From positions 92,270 to 156,269 of the IMG/VR virus record IMGVR_UViG_3300048838_001106: DNA of 64,000 nucleotides; one strand, written 5' to 3'. Positions 57,646-64,000 of the stretch are shown piece after piece. The notes under the pieces were generated by a model, which had not been told where the DNA came from, did no database searches, and was given only the letters and a program-made list of their open reading frames with translations. The stretch's first letter is position 1. Each line of letters starts with the position of its first letter. The translations under genes were made by a program, and so were the position numbers. Source of the stretch: a virus.

Positions 57646-58137
57646 TTACCCTACGCCAATGCCGCGCTGGAATCGTGTCTTGTTTAGATTGCCTATCTGG
57701 TGTGCTGTAGTTCCAGCACCGGCCACGTCAGCCGTGTGACCTAGCGCGCGTCCCACAGGTTTAACGCCAGGCGCGTCCAGCACCTTCTTTGCACTACCGG
57801 TAGCGTTACCCACACGCTGCATTGCTTTAGGCGCTACTTTAGACAGCAACCTGCCTCCGGCAGCCAGTGCACCACGCGCGGCCGCGGCAGCAGCTACACC
57901 AACCGCTGCCTCTTTCTCGGCCTGGTTGTACGCTATCAGCAGGTTTCGCATAGCAGCTGCCTTTACGGAGGGTTCCCCCATGTTGATGCCCATGCGTCCT
58001 GCCGCGTCCCCACCCTCCAACGAGGTTGGAGGCCCCCACAACACGGGGTCTACCTTGCTCATCTCTCCAACCATCTTGATGGTGTCTTCCTGCTGCTTGA
58101 TAGCACTGATCAAGTCATCAACACTTTGAATAGCCAT
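57646..58137 (-). CDS. KxA protein between the RNAP genes
   Basis: VKAAA and EKEAA, followed by a basic amphipathic segment. Confidence 0.6.
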   Translation of the reverse strand: MAIQSVDDLISAIKQQEDTIKMVGEMSKVDPVLWGPPTSLEGGDAAGRMGINMGEPSVKAAAMRNLLIAYNQAEKEAAVGVAAAAAARGALAAGGRLLSKVAPKAMQRVGNATGSAKKVLDAPGVKPVGRALGHTADVAGAGTTAHQIGNLNKTRFQRGIGVG

Positions 58138-58141
58138 GCGA

Positions 58142-61100
58142 TTACCCTATTTCTACCGGAGTTGTTAGTTGTAGTTCCCCGCGTTTGTACGCGGCCATTG
58201 CTTCATCTTTCGTCTTAAATTTACGCACAGGACCTGTTGCTTGTCCAGAGGTGGCCATATATGCACCGATGAGGGCCTCGTGGGCAGGGAACACCATCAA
58301 CTTGTCTTTGGACGTGTCTCCAAAGATTAGATTAGACAACGTCATACCCTGAGCTTCTTTGACCGCGGCGTCGCCCACCGGCACATGTATTTGCATGGCA
58401 TCACCGTCATAGTCTGCGTTCATACCAGCTTCAGCGAATGGGTTTAGCCGGATTGTCTTGCCAGGCACCAGAGATGGATACGCTGCTACCATGTTGAATC
58501 GGTGCAGCGTCGGAGCCCGGTTGAGAATTGCAGGGCGTTGCTGGATCTCTATGTCTAGCACACGCTTGGCAGCCATAGTTCTGTTCTTGACTTGCTGTCG
58601 CGCCTCTACTGCGCTGTAGCCATTTCGGACCATGCCTTTGACAATGAATGGCTCATACATCTTCCAGGCCATGTCTTCTGGCATGCCTACCTGGTCGAGA
58701 GCAAGTGTGTGGTCGGGAGCGATTGTTCCTCGCCCAGACAGGTCTTGACGACGTCGCATTAGCTTGGATTGAAAGTAGCCTCCTTTCGGACTTCCGGTAC
58801 CCGTAATCTGGGTCAGGTGTCCTTTCACCCCGCGACCTTGATTTTGCGGACTAACGGCGTCTCGAGTACCAAACAGCGCACCTACTGCGTCATGCATGTG
58901 TTGTCTTTGCTTAGCCATTTCTTCTGGGAATCTAAGCTCCTCCGGAATAGCTCGCATAGATTCATCGGCCAGCATCAAGTCACGGTACAGGTAGTTGGCG
59001 TCGGCCACTAGCGTAGTCCCGTCGGCATTGGGAACGATAGGACGCACTACAGGAGGCGTCACGGGTATCTTGCTGAGAACGTAAGCATCTCCAGCTCTAA
59101 GTCCTTGTTTTCGCAGAGCCTTGGCGTACTTCAGTTGCTTCACAGCTGTGTTGAGTGGCGTGCCTGATAGCTTGTTTATTTGCTGTGATAACTCTCGCTC
59201 GTACGCAACAAGGTCTATGGCGTTCAGCCGATCGCGTATCTCAGCCGCGCCTTTCTCATTTCGCAGCTTAGTGAATTCCTTGCCTGACATACCTAGCAAG
59301 TACCTGGCCGGGTCTTCAAACATGGGGTTTACGATAGGCTCAAACAGCTCGATCTTGGAGTATTTCGTGCCCTCCAGCCCGCCTGTGCTTACCGGATCAA
59401 ATAGGCCATCTTTTTCTGGAGCTATTTGAGGGATGCCTTTGACTGTCTGAGGCTTAACAAGCAATGCGTTCTTGATAGACTTCGACGCCAGCGCGTCAAT
59501 ATCTTTGTCCGTCAGGGGAGCTAACGTCATCATCGTGCCCTCCTTCTTGACGTTGACACCTGCACCCCGAAGGGTGTGCGTGAACTTGTCGAATGCGAAA
59601 TTATCAGTGGGTGTCTGCACCGGAAGACCTAGCTGAACTCTGCGCCAGTATTCGTCGTTTCGTTGGCCTTTCACTGCCGCAGTTTCTTGCAATATGTTGC
59701 GCGCGTTATGTGCAATTAGTGCATTGAACTCCATCTTGGCTATGGACTTAGCACCTTCCTCTCCTCCTTTACTTGGCTGCAGATTCGCGTCGTAGCCCGG
59801 TCCAACGCCGCGTGCAGCATAGTTTGTGTCGGTAGACTTAAACATCTTCAGAGTGAATTGGCGTCCGACGTGGATGTTTGGAATGTGCTTCCCACTGATG
59901 GGGTCGTACACAGTCTCTTTGTCCTTGATGCCGTGCTGCTTCAACAAGCCCTTGACCCACTCGACGTTATCCTGATCCTTGAATTGATCAATTTGAATAG
60001 GCTTTCCGGTCTTCTCAACGACCTTGCCGAGCGAGGTCTCCAGGATTTGGGAAGGATTGATGCGCGAGATGATGCCGGCTGACGTCATCAACACGTCGAT
60101 AGGCCTGCCCTTCTCGTCCTTGACCATCTGGTCGTCAGGGATGATCTTTGATACAACGCCTTTGTTGCCGGCTCGTCCTGCTATCTTGTCTCCAACTTGG
60201 ATAGGCTCTTCGGTGCGGATAGTCACCATCACCATCGATGGCGTCACGGCTACGTCCTGCACGGTTCCTGGATAGTCGTGGTCCCAGGTAACACCTGAGT
60301 CGCGGAAAGGTTTGATGAGGGACTTGTGCAGATTGCCTAACATTTGGGCCTTTGCTGTGGGCGCGGTTTTTTGCAGCCCGGCAATCAGCAAGTCCCCGTG
60401 GTTTACCGTGGCCCCTTTTCTAATGACTCCTCTTTCATCCAGCGCCTCGTACTGTGCTCTGGAATACCGCACGCCAAAATGAATTTGATGCTTCTTCTTG
60501 TCGACGCTGGTGGAGGCGTCAAGCCCTATAGACTCCTTGTACATGTGCAAAGATGTGAGTTTCTTCGCCGCGGATTCTGAGATGACAACAGCGTCGTTGG
60601 AGTTGTAGCCGTAGTAGGGCATATAGGCGACGAGCAAGTTCTTACCCAGAGCAAGAGAGCCATCGACGGTGAAGTTGTTGTCTCCTAAGACCTGGCCTTT
60701 TGTGACTTTGTCTCCGGCTTTCACTTTGATGTCATCGTGCATGTACGTCTTAGACATCAGCGGGAAGTAGTTGGATTTTGGAACTCTGACCAGGCCGTCT
60801 TTGTCTTCTTTTGATGCGTACTTGTGCATCTTCGCAGGGTTCGACGGGTCACTTGGGCGGTAGCCCATATCTTTATACATCTGCACAAGCGTATTCACAT
60901 CTGTGCTTCCATCTTTGTAGGGCCGCGCCGTCAGTGTAATACTCCTTCCTTTGTAGTCTTTCTCGATGCGCTGCATCAAATCTCTGGCAATACCCTGCCT
61001 GCGGTACTCCGGCTTCACCCACACGCCAGAAATAAAAACAGAGCCGTCGTCTTTGGGCTCAACAGATGCGTACGCCACGTTGATACCGCCAGAGTGTACG

Positions 61101-62911
61101 TCGTACCTTTTTAGTGTGTTCTTTGTGTCTCCAGGTTTACGGTCTGGCGCCATGCTGTAGCGCAGCTCAGGTGCGGCCTTCTTCAACGCATAGGGTCTGA
61201 TGTACACGTAGTCGTCATCGACGCGCTCAACAGTGCCGTCAATCGGGGACACCGGCACGGTCATGTTCCCAAAGATGTTCTCCACAGACCTGTCCCCAGA
61301 CCAGCTCTTGACCTGGACGAACGGCTGCTCTCGTTCTTTGAGCGGCAAAGCTTGCGTCTGAAACTTTGCGCCCATGATGTTTCGGTTGCCCTGCGCAGAG
61401 TTCAAAAAAGGCACGAGGTTCGTCGTAGGAGAGTACATCGAAGCTGCCGACGGAATAACGTAGTCAACTTCGGTCACACTTACGCTCTGGACTTTTCCGT
61501 CTTTCATGGCGCTGATTTTTCTTCTCCCCGACATGTCTTGCTGAGGAAAGGCAATCACTTTCGATGACAATTCGTCGGCGCGCTTGAACTCCACTTTGTT
61601 GGTCTTCATATTCTTCATTGGCGCATACATATTGCCTGAGCTGTCGCGCACTGTGTGCATCGCTGTGCGGATATCGACACCGGCTTTCCCAGACTCCGGC
61701 GTACGGATCGGGTCCAACACTCCCAGGTGCGAGTGATGCACATCGCGCGCTTCGTCTGGAACAGCTAGCATCGAAGAAATTCCGCCTTCACCAAGCGACG
61801 TTACTTTCACGGAACTGTCGATAATCTCCATGGGGTTAATCTGCATTGGCGTAGCAGCCAGCGCGCTCGTGGTGATGAATGAAGTAATCGACTTTGTGAA
61901 CGGAGAGTTCGGCAGTATGCCAGATATTTTTGGTGCATCACCTGCTCTTTTGAGCTTCGTGCCGACCTTGCGCTTCAGGTCGCGCATCGCATCCTTCTCG
62001 ATGCGCTCCTGCATAAACGTCTCAGCAGTGTGCAGTGTCTTAAACGCTGTGGAATCTCGGTCGTCCTGTTCTTCTTTCCCATTGAACACGTGTAACAATT
62101 TCTGGCTTGCACGAAGCAACCCGAGAGGATTTACGCTGGCCATGCTGATGCCGAGCGTGATTTGCGTAACCTGAGGGTCGAGCACAGTCGCGTCGTACGT
62201 GGATCGAATAGCTTCGACCATGTATTCCCTCGTCGGATTAGCGACCTTAGAGTACGGCGGCGCAAGCTGCTTATACAGTGCTGCTAGCGCGCGGTCTTCT
62301 GCGCCCATACTATGCTGCTTGTTGATCTGCGTGACCTCACGTCCCCAGAACTGCACAACTTTGGTCTCTGGAAGTCCCAATGCAAGTAAGACCGGGAACA
62401 ATGGGATACGCGTCGTTGCGTATTCCATGAAGAACACGCCTTTCTCCGGGTCCATTGACAGACGGAAGTTCTTGCCCTTTGCCAGGTTGAACGCCGCCTC
62501 AAGCTGGCCGTTGTCCCGCTGTCGTGTGTAGACACCTGGCTTAATACGAACCTGATTGGAGATAGAATAGTCGTTTCCACCAACCACGAACGTATGCCTC
62601 TCGGTCAGATAGGGGATATGTACCAGGGTTCGGGTAGACCTATCAATAACTTTACCCGTCGCCTTGTCCTTGAGCACGACTGTGCCTTTCAAGGCCTCGG
62701 TCAGTGTTCGTCCTTCAAGCAGTGCTTGCTTCTGCTCAGTCGGAGAGTACAGCGCTGGAGATGGGTCGAACTTCTCTACCTCCATGATGTACTTGTCACT
62801 GTCGATCTTGAAAGACCGCTGGATGCCCTCCATCACGTGTTCGCGTATCACGTCACGCCGGTCTTCGGCTCTAGACATCAATTCGTACAGTCTCGGTTCT
62901 TTCTCAGCCAT
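58142..62911 (-). CDS. rpoBC: RNA polymerase beta + beta'-N fusion with inserted GNAT domain
   Basis: beta motifs RDVH.SH.G..DP..TPE, R..MG...Q.QA.PL, GYN..DA, GDK..GR.GNKGVVS; beta' motifs GLFD, R.D.SGR..I, NR.PTLHR, NADYDGDAM..HVP; ATG at 62911. Confidence 0.93.
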   Translation of the reverse strand: MAEKEPRLYELMSRAEDRRDVIREHVMEGIQRSFKIDSDKYIMEVEKFDPSPALYSPTEQKQALLEGRTLTEALKGTVVLKDKATGKVIDRSTRTLVHIPYLTERHTFVVGGNDYSISNQVRIKPGVYTRQRDNGQLEAAFNLAKGKNFRLSMDPEKGVFFMEYATTRIPLFPVLLALGLPETKVVQFWGREVTQINKQHSMGAEDRALAALYKQLAPPYSKVANPTREYMVEAIRSTYDATVLDPQVTQITLGISMASVNPLGLLRASQKLLHVFNGKEEQDDRDSTAFKTLHTAETFMQERIEKDAMRDLKRKVGTKLKRAGDAPKISGILPNSPFTKSITSFITTSALAATPMQINPMEIIDSSVKVTSLGEGGISSMLAVPDEARDVHHSHLGVLDPIRTPESGKAGVDIRTAMHTVRDSSGNMYAPMKNMKTNKVEFKRADELSSKVIAFPQQDMSGRRKISAMKDGKVQSVSVTEVDYVIPSAASMYSPTTNLVPFLNSAQGNRNIMGAKFQTQALPLKEREQPFVQVKSWSGDRSVENIFGNMTVPVSPIDGTVERVDDDYVYIRPYALKKAAPELRYSMAPDRKPGDTKNTLKRYDVHSGGINVAYASVEPKDDGSVFISGVWVKPEYRRQGIARDLMQRIEKDYKGRSITLTARPYKDGSTDVNTLVQMYKDMGYRPSDPSNPAKMHKYASKEDKDGLVRVPKSNYFPLMSKTYMHDDIKVKAGDKVTKGQVLGDNNFTVDGSLALGKNLLVAYMPYYGYNSNDAVVISESAAKKLTSLHMYKESIGLDASTSVDKKKHQIHFGVRYSRAQYEALDERGVIRKGATVNHGDLLIAGLQKTAPTAKAQMLGNLHKSLIKPFRDSGVTWDHDYPGTVQDVAVTPSMVMVTIRTEEPIQVGDKIAGRAGNKGVVSKIIPDDQMVKDEKGRPIDVLMTSAGIISRINPSQILETSLGKVVEKTGKPIQIDQFKDQDNVEWVKGLLKQHGIKDKETVYDPISGKHIPNIHVGRQFTLKMFKSTDTNYAARGVGPGYDANLQPSKGGEEGAKSIAKMEFNALIAHNARNILQETAAVKGQRNDEYWRRVQLGLPVQTPTDNFAFDKFTHTLRGAGVNVKKEGTMMTLAPLTDKDIDALASKSIKNALLVKPQTVKGIPQIAPEKDGLFDPVSTGGLEGTKYSKIELFEPIVNPMFEDPARYLLGMSGKEFTKLRNEKGAAEIRDRLNAIDLVAYERELSQQINKLSGTPLNTAVKQLKYAKALRKQGLRAGDAYVLSKIPVTPPVVRPIVPNADGTTLVADANYLYRDLMLADESMRAIPEELRFPEEMAKQRQHMHDAVGALFGTRDAVSPQNQGRGVKGHLTQITGTGSPKGGYFQSKLMRRRQDLSGRGTIAPDHTLALDQVGMPEDMAWKMYEPFIVKGMVRNGYSAVEARQQVKNRTMAAKRVLDIEIQQRPAILNRAPTLHRFNMVAAYPSLVPGKTIRLNPFAEAGMNADYDGDAMQIHVPVGDAAVKEAQGMTLSNLIFGDTSKDKLMVFPAHEALIGAYMATSGQATGPVRKFKTKDEAMAAYKRGELQLTTPVEIG
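60815..61183 (-). other. GNAT acetyltransferase domain inserted in the RNAP beta region
   Basis: ISGVWVKPEYRRQGIARDLM (motif A), LVQMYKDMGY (motif B); flanked by KKAA and KYAS. Confidence 0.8.
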
Positions 62912-62993
62912 GCTCTCACCGCCTGTTCTAATCGTTGGGAGTATACGCCTGGTTGGAGGAAATCGCCACCCCATCTGAGAGTCAAAAAATGGA

Positions 62994-63137
62994 CACCTGT
63001 TTCTGTTATAAGAAGATGTAATGAAAGATATAGTTCACTGCAGATTATCACAATGGTGTGACAATTCGCAGTGAACTGCACTTCCTTATGGCGGGCCCAG
63101 ATGTTCAGAAAATGAGCACCTGTTTCTGTTATAAGAA
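62994..63137 (+). promoter_or_regulatory. tandem early promoters (21-bp direct repeat)
   Basis: CACCTGTTTCTGTTATAAGAA at 62994-63014 and 63117-63137, with a hairpin at 63032-63077 between them. Confidence 0.7.
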
Positions 63138-63215
63138 AGTGTACTGGAGAACATAGGTTATGCGGCTTATCCCTCTGCATGACTGATACACTAACAAGGG
63201 ATTAAAGGAGCCGTC

Positions 63216-63458
63216 ATGGCTGGATTCATCGTTGGAAATCCTGGTTTCAAGAAACTTGGTAAGGCCGTAGTCAAGGCGACCGTGAAAGCGGCCAAGAAAA
63301 ACCCAAAGACCGCTGCGGCGGTCGGCGGGGCCGTTGTACTCGTCGCCGTGGCGACGCAGGTTGACTATGCAACGCTTGCTTCGAAGCTGGAGAAAAGGGC
63401 AGACAAGTTGGCTGAAAACATCGAGCGCAAGCTCGATGAAATGGACAACGCGGCCTAA
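63216..63458 (+). CDS. small single-TM protein
   Basis: AAGGAG RBS; basic N-terminus, TM segment, coiled coil. Confidence 0.65.
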   Translation: MAGFIVGNPGFKKLGKAVVKATVKAAKKNPKTAAAVGGAVVLVAVATQVDYATLASKLEKRADKLAENIERKLDEMDNAA

Positions 63459-63593
63459 GCTTCAGGTCACGAACAATCAAATGACTGGACTACGTCGCAA
63501 GACGTAGTCCAAGGTCTAAAAGAAACGCGGGGGCGTTTCTTTAGCTCGCTCCTCCCATCCTTTTTTAGCCTCCGAAACACACCACTCAATAGT

Positions 63594-63683
63594 GGTATAA
63601 GAGTATGTAATACAACAGCAAAGCCAGTCACCTGGTGTGGCTTTGTTTGTTTCACTTGGCCACCAGGGCACGGAGTTCTTATG
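63594..63683 (+). promoter_or_regulatory. early promoter, hairpin and GGAGTTCTTATG start motif
   Basis: GGTATAAGAGTATGTAAT; GCAAAGCCA...TGGCTTTGT stem; GGAGTTCTTATG 63672-63683. Confidence 0.7.
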
Positions 63684-64000
63684 AAGAACGTCGCACGTAT
63701 TGTTCTCGCGCTTCGGCGCATGGTTAAACCCTCCCCTGCTCCTAAGAAGAGCAGGGCTGTCACGCCCACCCCTGAGCCTCCCGTCGAGACGGTTGAGGCT
63801 GTCACGCCCACCCCTGAGCCTCCCGTCGAGACGGTTGAGGCTGCTCCCACCCCTGAGCCTCCCGTCGAGACGGTTGAGGCTGTCACGCCCACCCCTGAGC
63901 CTCCCGTCGAGACGGTTGAGGCTGTCACGCCCACCCCTGAGCCTCCCGTCGAGACGGTTGAGGCTGTCACGCCCACCCCTGAGCCTCCCGTCGAGACGGT
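63681..64000 (+). CDS. repeat protein (AVTPTPEPPVETVE)n, truncated by the window end
   Basis: ATG at 63681 after GGAG; frame open to the window end; not in the ORF track because it has no stop. Confidence 0.7.
   Translation, partial: MKNVARIVLALRRMVKPSPAPKKSRAVTPTPEPPVETVEAVTPTPEPPVETVEAAPTPEPPVETVEAVTPTPEPPVETVEAVTPTPEPPVETVEAVTPTPEPPVET
63756..64000 (+). repeat. 42-bp tandem repeat (>=5.9 units, one 39-bp variant)
   Basis: GCTGTCACGCCCACCCCTGAGCCTCCCGTCGAGACGGTTGAG. Confidence 0.95.

Noticed and set aside
60815-61183. Intein in RNAP
   Set aside because: No N-terminal Cys/Ser block, no terminal His-Asn followed by Cys/Ser/Thr, no LAGLIDADG; the motifs are GNAT-type.
54714-62974. Bacterial rpoB-rpoC operon / host chromosome
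   Set aside because: Non-cellular split point, missing zinc-binding domain, no flanking ribosomal protein genes, and embedded among capsid and tail genes.
63467-63976. 169-aa - strand ORF (GVTASTVSTGGSG)n
   Set aside because: Antisense shadow of the repeat; the + frame has the promoter and RBS.
63756-64000. CRISPR array
   Set aside because: Contiguous repeats without unique spacers, unit length a multiple of 3, inside an ORF, and no cas genes.

Overview
This 64 kb window is part of a large, contractile-tailed (myovirus-like, probably jumbo) bacteriophage genome read in the standard code, not a bacterial chromosome. The + strand carries short early-type genes: HTH proteins, an N4BP2-like P-loop kinase, RlpA, CsrA, a Dda/RecD-like helicase, an M15 endolysin and HU. 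Many sit in cassettes made of a conserved GGTATAAG(AA) promoter-like motif, a 5' hairpin with an AATNNN hexaloop and a TTTTTAG-ended terminator. The - strand carries a long virion module (tail fibres, spike, tube, sheath, neck, major capsid protein, prohead protease, many inner-head proteins) and a multisubunit RNA polymerase cut at an unusual place: a beta+beta'-N fusion with NADYDGD, plus a separate beta'-C subunit. The strongest candidate for an undescribed system is a K-x-A tagging and processing code. Dozens of head-associated proteins carry (E)K-x-A motifs. A separate cluster at 3.4-9.4 kb encodes unrelated domains (a protein kinase, two ADP-ribosyltransferase-like folds, an HE-motif protein, Gly-zipper membrane proteins) that all share a 12-residue leader Y-x-x-G-[FYM]-x-x-h-h-K-x-A. 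Both RNAP subunits carry passenger domains delimited by K-x-A sites, including a GNAT acetyltransferase inserted in a beta loop. I infer a capsid-targeting and protease-release system that packages an effector set together with a virion RNAP. All product calls come from motif recognition by eye; no database searches were run.
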